Assembly: GCA_028534125.1 (NCBI GenBank)
Contig: CM052817.1
Span: forward strand, 1,242,001 to 1,306,000
Origin: Lama glama
Lineage: Eukaryota
Reading direction: 5' to 3'
DNA length: 64,000 nt
Position numbers and translations under genes: made by a program. The notes beneath the pieces were generated by a model. It ran no database searches, was not told the DNA's origin, and was given only the letters and a program-made list of their open reading frames with translations. This document shows positions 11,847 through 25,639 of the stretch, one piece after another. Every line of letters starts with the position of its first letter. Positions within the stretch are counted from its first letter, which is position 1.

Positions 11847-13319
11847 GGCATGAGTCTGACAGCCAGGCTGCCGGGGGTCTCAGCACAAGACACTTTGGGC
11901 AGCAAATATGCTAATTTCTTGTGAACAGACCAGGTCTTCCTGCTTCCTTGCCCCTCCAGCCATTGCCAAGGCTTTCTTCTCGTGGTTTTAATGAATGACA
12001 CCGTGTCCCAGGGAAGGCCGCCTCTCCTCCAGCGGGAGGAGCGCAGCGGGAGGCAGGGAGGGGAATCCCCACTCCCCGATGGGTCGCTCACAGGAGTCCC
12101 CACCCCGGCAGCCGGCTCAGGCGCCCCGAGGGGACAGGGCGAGGGGCCTGGGAGCAGGAGGGCAGGCATGACCAGGAAATGACTGGCTAGTAATCTCTGC
12201 CTTCCTCCTGGTGGTGACGCGGGACCAAGCTTCGGCACTGGGCCCTGGGCAGGGCCTCACTCCCCTCGGCTCCACAGGCAGGGGCCTGGGGTCCCCCTCG
12301 CCCCACCCGCTGAAACTCCCATGCGATGTGAGCTTGAGTGTGGGTGACTGTACGTGTGAGTGTGCGGGTGCACGTACGCAGGTGCGTGTGGGTGTGTGTT
12401 TGCACGTGAGAGTATGTCATAGAGTGCGTATCTGTGCACGCCTGTGTGGGCGCACACCCAGCGCGGTGGTGACGCCCCCTCCCCCCCTGCCCCCTGAGAG
12501 CGTCTACACAGACCGCAGGTGCCAGAGACTAAACACTTCTCCCCCAAAGGCCGGAGCGGAGACGACGGGGCACCAAAGGGCAGCCCAGTGCTACCTCACG
12601 CGTGTTTCCGCCCCAGCAGGCCCTGCTTTCACCTCCTCTGAGGCCCAGCTCTGACCTCGGGGCACACATTCCAGCCCAGCCTACACATGACCCCGACAGG
12701 GCCCAGACCTGGCTCCGCACTGCTTTCCAAGCCCACTTCTAGAACACGCTGCGCTGGAGCTCGTGTTTTCAGAAGGTCGAATTTACTTCCGTATTGTCTG
12801 GGCGTTCCTTTAAAAATGAATCCTTTTCCTTTTTAATTTTAAATGAAAAGGCTTTTAAGTGAAATCCCAGGTGTGTCACACGTTAAAGAGAGGCCGTCGC
12901 TGTGGGAAAACAACCCGTCAGGCCGCACCGTCCACCTGCCCAGGCGGAGCCGGGCTGCCAGCCAACTCCTCCCCACAGACAGCGTGGCCTTGCAGGTGCC
13001 CATCGTTCTGGGGCGGGGAGGGCAGCCGGGCCTTGTGCCCTAGCTCTGCACCACCTGGGTCCCCCACCAGCCCCCTGAGAGGCCCAGGGAAGGGGCCTGG
13101 TCCTCACTGGTAGGTCACCACGACCAGGGGGTGGGGGCCAGGACGGTCAGAGTCACGTACATGGGGTGGGGACGGAGGGACACACGTGGGCATGGGGACA
13201 AGTGAGACATCAGAGGGCACACACTCAGGCTCCCGTGACCATGGGAACAGCAGCGGTCTCCGTGTGCCACACTGGTGCACACCGAGGTCACCATCCCTCG
13301 AGGGACAGGAGGTGCAGGG

Positions 13320-13480
13320 GGAGCCGAGTCCTGGCACCACCGCTGACCAGCTGTGTGCCCTTGGGCAGATCGCTCCCTGCCTCCAGCCTCATCATTTTCT
13401 TCTCTAAAGTGGGAGTCATTACACCCACCTGGCAAGAACAAGGGGACATACCTGGCCTGTGACAAATGCACGTGAGCTGC
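13320..13480 (+). mobile_element. MIR fragment
   Basis: GAGTCCTGGCACCACCGCTGACCAGCTGTGTGCCCTTGGGCAG..TTCTTCTCTAAAGTGGG, matching the MIR core pattern. Confidence 0.65.
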
Positions 13481-16400
13481 AGTGCTTTCTCGCTGGACCC
13501 ACTAGGCCAGAGAATCAAGGAGACAGAGCGGTGAGTCCACAGCCCGAGTAACACAGCTTCTTAGCAAGGCACCGTCGCGCCCAGATCCATGCTGCGGGGT
13601 CCCGTGGCGCTCATGGTGTGGCCCACCCCCGCCCTCCCCTCCCTGGAGCTCTTGCGGCTGCCTGTCCCCACCACGAGGTCAGCAGGACCTCCGGGGCGTC
13701 CCGGGGAAGCGGGAGGACTGCAGTTCGGTTCCACAGACTGTAAGTGAACAGGAGCCTGACAACCAGGTCAGCCGTGCCTCTAGTTGAGCAGCATCACCAC
13801 TGCCGTCCCACGAGCTGCAAGCACCCTTCATGTTTTCCCTTGCCCGATTCTGCCCCAGCCCACAGGCTCCTGCCCGGCCCAGGCCCGTCAGGGAAAGGTG
13901 GGGAGCCAGAGGCGACTATCATGTAATCAGAATCCCACCAACACCTATGCCAGCTGCGTGTGGGCAGTCACCGGGCAGCAGGGAGGGCTTCCTGGGGGAG
14001 GCAGCACAGCCTGGCAAGGGGTGTGGCCCTCCCTGTCTGTAAGTCCATGAAGACCCCAGCCACCCTGCACACTGGGCCCACGGGGCCCTAGGACCCCGCC
14101 TCCCGGCACCTGCCGCCTGCAGGGTTCTGACCTGGTTCTGCTGCCTGTGACCTCGGTGGGACCAGGCCTCTCACTGCTCCCCAACCCCCATCTTCCCGCC
14201 ATCTTGTTGGTGCAGGTTTGTCAACTCCACACACTCCCCGTTGCCTGTCTGTCCCTGGGTGGGGGCATTTCTGGCGACTCTGGCCTCAGGGCCCACTTCC
14301 CCACAAGAGCTGCTGGTCCCAGAACCTGAGGAATGCCTGCCTCCCTCTCCGGCCGTGGCCCCAGGGCTGCTCCCAGCAAAACCACCCAGGAGACTGGAAG
14401 GGGACCTGGCTCGGACAAGGACAGCGAAGTCAGGTGAGCATCTGCTACAGGACTGGGGGTGGGGGGACATGAGGCCCTGAGCTGGGTGCCTGGGGACACA
14501 GGGGACCAGCAGCACCCGCCCTCGAGGGGCCCTGGGCTAGGGGTGGGGAGGAGAACGTGTCTACTTGCTGTAAAATGGGAAACAGGGTCCTGCGGAGGAC
14601 ACACTGTGGGGTGGGATGGTGGTGCTGGCGTCTGTCTCATGCTGTGTGGTCTGTAACACAGGGCTACTTACAGCCTCCTCGACGGGCTGGTGGTGCAAGT
14701 TGTGAGGCTGGGGGTCAGGGAGTGGTCTCAGGGCCGCAGGCTCCCACCACTGCCTCCTCCAAGAAGCCAGCCCCAGAAGGTCAGGCACAGGCAGGGCCAA
14801 GCCCAGGAGTGGCAAGGGCCTGCCCTAGGTGCATCTGTGGGCATGCTCGCCGAAGGCCCCACGGCGACCTCCGGGGCTGTGTTCTGGGCACCCAGAAGCC
14901 CGCGGACTCAGGGATCGGATTTCCTGGGACTCTCCAGTCATCACGGAGATCCAGAGGGAACACACCGCCTGGGACACTTGTAGGGGACAGCCAGGAAGCG
15001 GCAGCCAGCCCCACGTCACCAGGGACACTGCAGAGCGTGGAGGGGCCGAGGAAATTCCGGGAACTCAAGGCTTTCCCAGACAGGGAGGACCACAGCAGAC
15101 ACCCTGCCCAGTGCCGACCACCTCACTGGGCCACCCTGGCCCCACGGCTGACTGAAGGCTCCACCGGAGCCACACCCCCCGTCCCAGAACACAGGCTGTG
15201 ATCAGTGGAGGAAGGGCGTCTGGGCTGGTCCCCCTGGGGTCCGGAGGGAGGGAGAGCCAGCAGCTCCCAGGTCTGTCTCGCCCTGAGTGACCCCACGCCC
15301 GGTGACTCCCCCAGAGGTGAGTCTGTGAAACAAGGGGCAGCTCCCCCTCCAGGGCTGGTGCCGTGAGACTGGCTGCTGCAGGCCCAGCAGGCGGCCCCCC
15401 GCATTGCCACGGCGACCCCTCCACAGGTCCCACGGCTGACCTGGCGGGTCCTGTGTGGCCCTGGCACATCTGCCCTTACAAGGCTACAACATCGTCACTG
15501 ACGGCCTGGAGACATCCCTCAAAGCCAGAGCTCCAGGGGGCAGGGGCACAGCAGCGCTGGGGAGGGCCCCGAAGCAGCTGCCGACAGCCTGGCTCCTCCA
15601 GAATGCCTCACCTCCGCCTCCCAGCTCACTGCCCTCGCCCTGGGTGCTCCCTGGCCCCACACCACCCCCTCGAGGCCTGGCAAGAACCCCTCCTCCCTCC
15701 TCTCAGCCAGGGAGCTGTGGGGGGCGGGGGCCACGGGCTGGCTCCTCCAAGGGCACAGCTGGCCCCGGGCCCCGCACGAGGCCCAACATCAGTGGCGGCC
15801 CTGGTTACGCTACGGGAACCCAGGCTTCACACTGAGGCTTCTTAGTGCAGGCGCGATGCGCGGGCCCTCCAGAGCAGTCAGGAGATGCCGGTGAGCAAGT
15901 GCACGCAGTGTGTTTTTCTGAACACGGGTAGTCGTCACACGAGCAGAAGGGACCCTTGTCACCATTCTGCTTTGTACCTACGGACTTTCTGAGCGTTTGC
16001 TGCTTTTAAAAGCTCTCTGGGCAGAAGGCTCCACAGCTGACCAGTCAAAGCAGCAGGCGAACTTGGCCAGGACAGGCCCTGGTCCTCCCACTGCGCACAC
16101 CCAGCGACGCAGTCACACTTGGCTCCGTGAGGGCAGGAGCACAAGCTCTGCCAGGCACTCTCCTGGTCCCACGGGGTGGCGGGAAATGACCCCCAGAGGG
16201 TGCGGCCTGTGCCCCACACCATCTCCACACGTCCGAGGAGGGGTTATGCTTACCCAGCACGCTCCACTCCCGCTCAGAGCCCGGCCCCACCCCCAGACTG
16301 TGCAGCCCCTGATGCCCAAAGGAGCAGGGAGTTGGGCAGGAAGTGGACGGACAGGCCCAGGGGGCTGCAGCCCTGCTCCAGGACCTGTGGGGAGGAGGCA

Positions 16401-16937
16401 TCAAACGGTTGTGCCCTGAGGCTCAGAGCTGCAGGCCCGGACTCTGCCAGCTCCCTTCTCCTGGAGCCGCCCCCAGCGGGTGGCCCCTGCACCACAAATG
16501 TCACACCTTCCACACATCGGCTAGGGTCAAGGACGTGGACCCTGCCTGAGGGGGGCCAGCCACATCTGTGTCTTGGGTGCTGGGCTGGGAGGCTACCAGT
16601 ATGTCTTAGTGAGTCCCAGTGGACCCCATCTCTGGCTCCCAGGACGTCCTTCTGAGGCCAGCTGCCCTGCGGTCCTTGGCATCCCTCATTTCCTCCCAAA
16701 CTAGAGCAAGTGCGCACTGCAAAGCATGAGGCGCGAGGGGGGCTCTGGGATGGGACCCCTGGTCCTGCCAGTGCCCCCACATCTGGGGTTGGACAGATGG
16801 GAGGGGTCACCCCCAGCCAAGGGGCTCTGAGTCTCTGTTTTGAATCTCTGAAGCAGGGGTGACAATGAAAACACAGCCACGGGACTCAGCGCGGCCACTT
16901 GAGCAGAGCTCCCCATGGGCTTCATCCAAGGCAGCCA

Positions 16938-17220
16938 GTGGGACTGCACTATGGTGACCGGGTGTAGTAGGGTGGGGGGTGTCACGGTGGGACTGCACTA
17001 TGGTGACCAGGTGTAGCACGGTGGGGGGGTGTCACGGTGGGACTGCACTATGGTGACCGGGTGTAGCAGGGTTGGGGGGGTGTCACNNNNNNNNNNNNNN
17101 NNNNNNNNNNNNNNNNNNNNNNNNNNNNNNNNNNNNNNNNNNNNNNNNNNNNNNNNNNNNNNNNNNNNNNNNNNNNNNNNNNNNNNGTGACTGGGTGTAG
17201 CAGGGTGGGGGGGTGTCACG
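16938..17220. repeat. 49-50 bp G-rich minisatellite spanning an assembly gap (100 N at 17087-17186)
   Basis: Unit GTGGGACTGCACTATGGTGACCGGGTGTAGYAGGGTGGGGGG(G)TGTCACG starts at 16938, 16987 and 17037 and resumes after the gap. Confidence 0.95.
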
Positions 17221-17469
17221 GCAGAGAGGGACAGGCAGTAACCCAGGCAGCAAACAAGGGGAGTGCAGAGAGCATCTGGAAAGCGGGGTGCTGGCAGGGA
17301 TGAGAGGAGCCATCTGCTGGGGAGGGGCCAGGTTAAGGGCCCAGGGCCCAAGAGATGAGGGGAGCAGGGGGCCCTGCAGAGTTCTGAGCAGAGAACCATG
17401 TGCACCCACAGTTTGGTATCACCCTGTCTGAGGATGGACCACGGAAATAAACTCTTCACTCACTGAATA

Positions 17470-19570
17470 AGAAATGGGTAATTGAACAAACATGTATCTA
17501 GTAAAGCAACTGAAATTGTAGCTAAAAATCTTTCCATAAAGTAAACTCCGTGGCTTCACTGGTGAGTTTTATTTAAGGCAGAAGTGATACCAATTCTACA
17601 CAAAATCTTCTGGAAAACTGAAGAAGTGGGAAAGCCCCCCAGCTCGTCGGAGAACCTCAGCGTCACTCTGACACCCGCACCTGGAAAGAGCACTACAAGA
17701 AGAGTGCTGCCCAGCACTCCTCACAGTCAGGGGTAAAGTCCTTAACAAAACTTTAGCAAATTAAAGTGTATAAAAAAGGATAATGCCTAATGACCAAGTA
17801 AGGCGCATCCCAGGAATTCAAGACTGGCTTCACATTTGAATATCAATCAATGTGATTTATCACATTAACGGACTGAAAAATTTAAACTATGTGACCCACT
17901 CCAAAAGATACAAAGACACTGAGAAAATCCAGGAAACTGGGAATAGAAGAGAACTTCCTGGACCTGATGAAGGGCATCCATGGAGACCCTACAGCCAACA
18001 GGACACTTACAGGGAAATCAGGTACAGGCAAAAGTGTCCTGTGTCCATTCCTTTCTTCAGCATTGTACTGGAGGTCCTCCCCAGCACAAAAGTGCAAGGA
18101 AAAGTAAAGACATCTAATTAGAAAGGAGACGTAAAACTGGCTTATTCACAGATGACAACGTCCTCTGTGTAGAAAAGCTGATGAAATCTTCATTAAAACT
18201 ACCACATCTAAAAAAGGGAGTTCAGCAAAGTTGTAGGAGGTAAGATCAATATACAAAAATTTTAAAAAATCAGTTATATCTCTCTATATTAGCAATGGAC
18301 AATCACAAGCTGAAATCACAAACAATACCATTTACAATAGCACCAAAAATATAAAATACTTAGGAATAAATCTGATGAAAGATGTGCAAGATCTTAACAA
18401 TACAAATTATAAAATTTTGCTGAGAGAAATTAAAGACCTAAATAAATGGAGAAATACGCTGTGTTCATGAATTTGAAGACTCAATATTATTGAGGTGTTA
18501 ATTCTTCCCGTTAATCTATAAACACAGCTGCAGGCAAAGTAGGCTTTTTTTTCCCTTTAGTAGAAACTGACAACCTGGTTCTAAAATTCATAAAATACAA
18601 GGACCCAGAATAGACAAAACAACTCTGAGAAAGAAGAACAAAGGTGTAGACTTACACTAGACCTAACTTTGAGGCTCCTTATAAAGCTACCACAGTCAAG
18701 ACAGTGTGATACTGGTGTCAACATAGACAAACAGATCAATGCAACAGACTAGTGAGTCCAGAAATACATGGCTAACTGATTTTTGACAAAGGAGCAAAGG
18801 CAATTCAGTGGGAAAAAGATAGTCTTTTTTCCACAAATGACGCTGGAATAATTGACATCCTTATGCAACACAAAATAAAACTTTGATCCATACCTCACAC
18901 CATATACAAACTAACTCACAATGAAGCATAGACCTAAATGAAAAACCTAAAACTATAAAACACCTAGAAGAAAACAGGAAAAACCACTGTAGCTTTAGGT
19001 TATGAAAATAATTCCCAGATATGACACCAAAATCACAATCCATGAAAAAAACTGATAAATTGGACTTCATCAAAATTAAGAAATTTTGTCCTTCAAAAGC
19101 TACTGTTAGAATGAAAAGACAAGCCACAGACTGGGAGAAAAGATCTCAAATCATAAATGCAGTAACAGTTTTGTACACAGTACAAATAAAGAACTCTCAA
19201 AACTAAGTAAGGAAACAGCCCAATTAAGAGAAACAGCAAAAGTTCTGAACAGACACTTCACCGAAGAACACAGGCCGACGGCAGATGAGCACATGGAAAG
19301 ATGGTCAACGTCACGAGCCCTTAAGGAAAGACACATTAAAACTGCAAGGAGCGGGGAGGGTATCGCTCACGTGGAAGAGCACGTGCTTAGCATGCACAGG
19401 GTCCCGGGTTCAATCCCCAGGACCACCTCTAAGAGTAAATAAATAATAACGCACAGATAAACCTAATTACCAACCTCCCCCCAAAACTTCACACCATCAG
19501 AACAGCTGAAAAGGCTGCCCACGCGCGAGGCTGCGGGAGGCGGGCGCCCTCACATGCTGCAGTCCGCTGT
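17470..19570 (+). mobile_element. Decayed L1 ORF2 remnant
   Basis: Peptides MIYHINGLK, FFSIVLEVL and DKLDFIKIKKFCPSKATVRMKRQATDWEK, with an A-rich plus strand. Confidence 0.88.
19352..19486 (+). mobile_element. tRNA-derived SINE (Vic-1-like) inserted in L1
   Basis: GGGGAGGGTATCGCTCA...GGGTTCAATCCCCAG...AAACCTAATTACC. Confidence 0.83.
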
Positions 19571-22479
19571 ATGGCAGCCCTACTACGGTCAAGCTGTTTG
19601 AAGCAACGTAAAAGCAGCAGACGGCGTCGCCGCTGTGCGCACACTCTCCTGTTGTGATGCCGGCCTTCCTCCCAGACACCCTCCACCCCTGCCCTGCAGA
19701 GCTCTCCCGGATCCCCTGCCCCAGCTTCCCCTTCTGCCCGCCTCTGGCCCCCTCATCCCCTTGGCCCCTGCTGGGCCCGCCACCTGGGGCACACGCCTTG
19801 CACTCGGGTCCCAGCGGAGGCGCTCACTAGGGGGGCTGCCCCATACCCACCCAGCCCGCCCTGGCTTCTGCGTCAGGTTTATCTTCTTCCTGGCGTGGCG
19901 AGAGGCTGGGGGGAGAGTGGCAAGAGGACTCCAGTGGCCAGGGGTGGGGGAGCAGGGGGCAGTGAGAGATGTCCAGGGTGCGGCGTGGGTGCCAGGCTAG
20001 GGGGAGAAGCTGGGAACTAGCGCCCTTAAGGCCGGCTCTGGGTGGGGCCGTGAGGGTGGGCTGGGCCGAGGAGAGCAGGGCCGGGAGGGGCCGTCCTGGG
20101 TGCTGGGGCCCAGTGTCTGGTCAGCCCGCAGTCACTGCCTCCCCCGGGCCAGGCCACAGCTGGGCTGTTCCCTCTCTCTGCAGCAGCTCACCTGGCTGTG
20201 AGCAAGGATTCCACCCGCTGGGGAGCCCCGGCTACCAGGAGGGCAGCACTCCTCCCAGGACCCCCAGGAACCCAGCCCGGCCCCCTGACCCAGGCTGGCA
20301 CTTGGTACTTGACTGTCTCAGCCCACGTGAGCCCGCACAGCCCCGCGACCTGTGAGCAGCTGACATGATGACAGTCACTATGCCTAATCTGCCTTTCAGA
20401 AGTCTAATTAATCCCAGGTTCTCTATTTTTAAACCTCTCAATCACTCTTGTCTTTCCTCCCAGGGGCATGTTGTGGCGGGAGACCTCGCTGCTATGTCTG
20501 TGGCAGGGACCCCTGCCATGGGGACGCTGGCTGCAGCGGCCAGCCTGTGCCTGGTACCTGGCCCCAGAGCGGCTCTGGCAGAAGCAGCAGTGAAGCGCAC
20601 GCCCCAGTGGGGAGGAGACTGGGTGCCAGGGGGTTACACAGCCGCCAGAGAGAGATCAGGGCTGGACCAAGCCCCACCCTGTCACCCTCTCCCGAAGGTG
20701 GTCCCCCGTGGAGCCCCAGCCATGGGGCGGGTGGGACCAGACAAGGGCCCCTCTGAGTCTCGGCTGGCTGAGTGGTCAGTTGGTGGGGGCATGCTTTGGC
20801 TCACATCCCCTTACCCTCGATGGGGCCAGCTCAGGATGGCCCCCCAGCACTCCCAGCCCTGACGGCCAGCACCAGAGGCCATGGTGGTTGATCACGAGCT
20901 GGAAAAGGAAGCATGTCCTTCCAGACCCTGGAGGCTGGTGGGCAGGGTGGCCCTGGGGCACCAGTGAGGCCCCACTTAGGGCAGGGGCTGCCCCGGGACA
21001 TCAAGCAGCCAGCCCTTGACTCAACCGGCTGGAGGGAAAGTTGGTTCAGTGATGCGTGGACAGAGCAGGTCAGGAGTGCAGCCCGTTGCCGCTGGGAAGG
21101 CTTCCAAGCGACAGAGGACTTCCCTCTCACCAGATGCTTGAGGAAGCTCAGGGGAGCTACGTCCTGCCCCTCCCCAAGCTGCAGGCACCCCATGGTGCAG
21201 CCTGGAGGAACCCCAGCAGGATCTCAGACAGCTCCCTCCAAACAGGGAAGAAAAGCGGCCATGGGGGCCCAGGGGAGCTGGAGCCTCACTCCGGGGAACA
21301 CGGTGCAGTCTGCTCTCTGCAGCCACAGCCACTCAGGGCTGGATCCCGGGCATTCCCGGGCCCGGGATCCCCACCCAGGTTAAGGGCAGAGGAGCCACAG
21401 CAAGGAGGAAGGTGCTCCCTGGAGGAGGAGCCAGGTGGGCAAGAAGCCAAGTCAGGGGAAAGCAGAGGCTAGAGACACAGGACAAGATCCTGCTGCACTG
21501 TCTGGAACCACCCCATCCAGTTTTCACAGTGCCCGTGGGCAGTAAGGAAGTGGACGTGAGACCAGGAGCAGTGAGACCCAGTGACATGACGGGGAGGTGA
21601 GGCCAGGCCTGATGACAGAGTAACAGGGACCCGGCGAGGAACAGCCTTGCGCAGCAGCAGTGATGACAGTGAGCAATGAGGACAGGTGACAACGGTGAGG
21701 GAGGCGTGGAGTAAAAGCCACCCCAAGGTGCTGTGTGAGCTGTGAGCCCCTTTTGCAGAGGATAAGTCTGAGGCTTGGGAGGTGGAACTGGCCCCAGGCC
21801 GAACCACCAGACCTCCCTCCTGCTGCGTTTGCAGGGACAGGGAACACACCTTCCAATGCTGCTGCCCAAACAGGTGAGGAAGCGCCGTGTGCCAGAAAGT
21901 CCCCTTGGGAAGACGTCCCCAGTGGCCATATTCTGCCGTCACCTCGCTTTGCGAGGAAGTAGCATGTGGGCACAGCACAGGCCCCCGGGTTAGGGCAGAC
22001 GCTCGGAAGCCCATGCCCAGGATAGTCCTTCCAGATTCCTATCATTCTCCCCAAAACAATAGCCAGGGAGGCCCACTGAGCACATGAGGGGGAGGCGGGG
22101 ACACCACCAGCCAGACTCCCAAATGCAGCCGCAGAGCTGAGAACGCAGGGCAGGCCAGGCCTTCTGGGAGGCACACGAGGTGATGGTTTCTAAGGCGGCC
22201 CCAGCCTGGGGCAAGCCCGCCGGAGTCAGGATGGTGTCAGCCCATGACTGCCTCTCTCCCTCTGATGGGTGGAGACAGTCTCACAGGGCAAGGTGGCCTG
22301 GACCCCCGAAAATGGGCTCATTCCTCACTATGCAGCAGGGGGGTGCAGCATTAACGGGGAAAGGCAACCCTGGGACACCAGCTTGAGGCCCAGGGAACAG
22401 CCCCTGGGCTTGGGGTGAGGAGGGACAGCGCCACAAACCAACCGGAGGAAAAGGGAAGGCAGAGAACCCAAATTCCACA

Positions 22480-22770
22480 AAACAAAATTAAAGACACCCA
22501 CCAATCAAAAGGCATCAATAAATAAAACCAAAGGGCAAATAACAAACTGGGAGAAGCTACCTGCAACCGACACTCCAGACGGATGGAAGGGACGTTTCCA
22601 CGTCAGTGAGAAAGACACGAAAACCCCGCCAGAAAACAGAGAAAGGACGGGAAGAGCCACCTTGCGGAAGGACGCAGGCAGCAGACGCGGCGGGCAGCGC
22701 CCCGGGACACCCCTCGTCGGAGAAACGCAAACTGCACAGCCAATTCCACTTGCCTCTCGGGTCAGGGCAG
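22480..22770 (+). mobile_element. Highly diverged, GC-shifted L1 ORF2-end fragment
   Basis: CAAAAGGCATCAATAAATAAAACCAAAGGGCAAATAACAAACTGGGAGAAG, followed by collinear GC-enriched sequence. Confidence 0.6.
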
Positions 22771-24234
22771 CCGGAGCTGGGGCGGGGGGCCCCGCTGAGG
22801 AAGACGGGGTGACTCCACTCCTAAGGGCGGGCTCCAAAAACTCATCCAAGAGGCAGACACAGAACCGTAAGGGCGAGGGAACACGTGGCTAATCGGACAT
22901 GGAAAAAGTGTGGAAAAGGGAAAAGGCAGAACAAATGAGAGTACATCCTCAGGACAGACAGAAGTCTACGGGACTTGCGTTTTTAATGGATTTTGCGGAT
23001 AAATGATCAAAAAATAACATTCAGAAAAAAACTGTAAAACTGCTCATGGGACTTGGAGTGGTTTTGCTTTCTTTCTTTCTCTCTTTTTCGTTTTTCCGTG
23101 AGCTTCTGCAGTGGATGGGCCACAACTATAACTAGAAGAAAGAGTCGGTGTTATTTTTTCAAGCAAGCGGAAGGTTGGACACACCCTTTAGTAAAATGTC
23201 CACAGAAAGGACAAAGCCGACCTGAGACAGGGCGAGTTTCCGTCTCCTGGACAAGAGAGCAATTCAGGGGCCTCAAGAGTGTGGAAGGTTCTGATGATGA
23301 GGTGAGTCCAGACAGTGAACAGCACACTTCTAAAAGATGCCAACTTTCCCCCCAAAAAGATTAATCTTCGAGCATTGAAAAGGTAAGAAAGAAGGTGATA
23401 AAAAGAAAAGAGCTGAAGGACACTTGGTTCTGGAACATTCTGCCCAGGACTCTGCCGGGGTGACACGTCCCCACCTTGGGCAACAGCATTGCTGGAACAG
23501 CCTGTGTGCAGCGGGCTGGGCAGGGTCTGGGAGAGTCACGGTGGGCGGGGAGGCGCTTCTTCTGGCTGGGCCCCTGCTCCAGGCCCCACCTCCTGCCCTA
23601 TGTCTGTCCTTCTGGAAGCCCTAGCCCTCACCCGCAGGCTGTACGATGCTCAAGTGGGAGATTCGGCTCTGGGTGTCCTCAGGGACCTTGGCCCCACAAG
23701 CAGATCCTTAGTCACAACTCCCTGCATGGCGCCCAGCCCAATGGTGACACAGAGGTCTGAGCTGCACCTGCCTGACTCACACTTCTGGCCACAAGTTCAT
23801 GAGCGCAGGGCCACACCTGCAAGTCACTCCTCCATGCAGCACATCACAGGGGCCACAGGGGCCCCTGCTGGACAGGCAGGCCTCATGGTCAAATCAGGAC
23901 GACAGCTCTTCACAACCGAGTGATGACCAAGTGCACTGCCACAGAGCAGATGGGCTCTTGCTTGGGCAGAAGGTCAAGGGTGACACCAGCCCTCCCAGGC
24001 ACTTGGAGCCAAGGGGAGTACCAGCTTCTCCTGGGCTCCAGCTCTTCCTCTGCCAAAGGGAAGGTGGCCACCTGCACCTGACACCGGCCTGGCTGTTTTC
24101 GCAGGAAGCCACCAGAGGTGCTACTAAGACCGCCAACCAATGCCAGGAATCTCGCCATCTGAATTCTGGGGAACTTTCTGCCTGTGTAAGGCTGGTCTTT
24201 GTGTCTGTTTCAATCATATGGCTTTGTCCCCTCC

Positions 24235-24357
24235 GTATTCATGTTCGATCACACTCCAAGAGGTCGGGCCACCTCTGCCTTGTTCCTGGGTGTGTCTCTG
24301 GCACCTTGCTCAGCACCCGGGAACCCGCATGTACTGTGAATGAATGAACGAACGAAC
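24235..24357 (+). mobile_element. L2 3' end
   Basis: Ends in the characteristic ..TACTGTGAATGAATGAACGAAC tail. Confidence 0.6.
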
Positions 24358-25211
24358 AGGGCTCCTGATACACATGCTGCCAGCGGAGGGGACAGGCGCC
24401 ATCTGCTGACCTATTCCCAGCTGCTCCTGGTGCAATGCTGGGCCCCAGACGCCGCTGTCCACGGTCCTGGCCCAAAGGCATGGCTGCCCTGATCACCCGG
24501 CCAAGTGCCACATTCTTCCTTCCTCAGACCCTCTGCACTTCCTGGAGACCACCTTCCTGGAGGATGGGAGTGTCTCCGAGGGCCTCCGGGTGTGGCCCGA
24601 AGGCCCTTTCCTCTTCTCAGCTCAGCTCAGCGTTTGTGTTAAGCCAGAGGAGGCCTGGGCAGCTGCTGGCATGATGTGAACAAGCAGTGTCCACGGGGGG
24701 GCGTGTCGGGAAAGCAGGAGGCGAGTCCAGACAAAGTAGGGAGGTGTCCCCCGGCTGTCACCTGGACAAAGGGCGAGAAGGGGGGACAGGTCAAAAACCG
24801 GAAAAATGCACGTAACCTGTCAGAGAATTTGTGATGGCCTCATATCAGCCTTGCAGAAAGATGATTCACTTACCAGTCGTCTCTGGGCCACTGGGTCAGA
24901 AGTCCTGAGGAAGAAAGCCGCCTCTTAGAACTTGTTCCACTGCACTTGGCTGATGCCACACGGCTTGCACCTAGAACAACGGCCTTGTCGAGAACGGCCG
25001 TTCGTGGTGGCGCTGTCTGCCAAGGCAGGACTGGAAACAGCCCCAAGGCCAGCGGCAGGGCCTGACTGCACAGCGGTCCAGCCACACAGTGGGCTCCCAT
25101 GCGGCCGAAAGTGACACTGGGGGCATCTGTAGAAACTACGCGGACAGGCCTTCAGGCTGAAGTCAGTAAAGTGAGGCAGAGAAGAGAGTCTGCAGGATGA
25201 GCCCCCTGCCG

Positions 25212-25316
25212 GGGACGGGAGGGAGCACATGTAGGGGGGTCCACACAGGGACGGGAGGGAGCACACGGGGGGGTCCACACAGGGAACGGGAGGGAGCACA
25301 CGGTGGGGGTCCACAC
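25212..25316. repeat. Three-copy ~35-bp tandem repeat
   Basis: GGGACGGGAGGGAGCACA..GGGGGTCCACAC repeated three times. Confidence 0.9.
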
Positions 25317-25639
25317 TCTTGCTTCTATTTTTAAAACTGAAGGAGAAACTGGAAGCAACTTGAAAACTGTCACTCTAGGGGAGGGGGAGTTTGGGGGGAA
25401 GGGACAGATTTCTCCAGGTACATCTTGTTTTGCAAGTTTTGCTGGGAACCATGCAAACATTTCACATAATTATAAAAATAAGTGCAAATGGCAATCTCTA
25501 TACATCTTATGCCAAATGGAACAAATTAACCTACTGTGGGCAAAATCTGGGGCACGACCCACAGAGAGAATGGTTTCAAGTGAGTTGGAAGCAGTCGCTT
25601 GGCTGTATACTCCAGTGGGACACGTCCAAAGGTCAAAAG

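Noticed and set aside
16938..17220. CRISPR-like periodicity
   Set aside because: Units are contiguous with no unique spacers, in a eukaryotic context with no cas genes; it is a minisatellite.
23270..23390. Strong plus-strand donor motifs (GAG|GTGAGT, AAG|GTAAGA) suggesting an antisense exon
   Set aside because: Isolated motifs are expected by chance in 64 kb, and there is no supporting ORF or exon chain.
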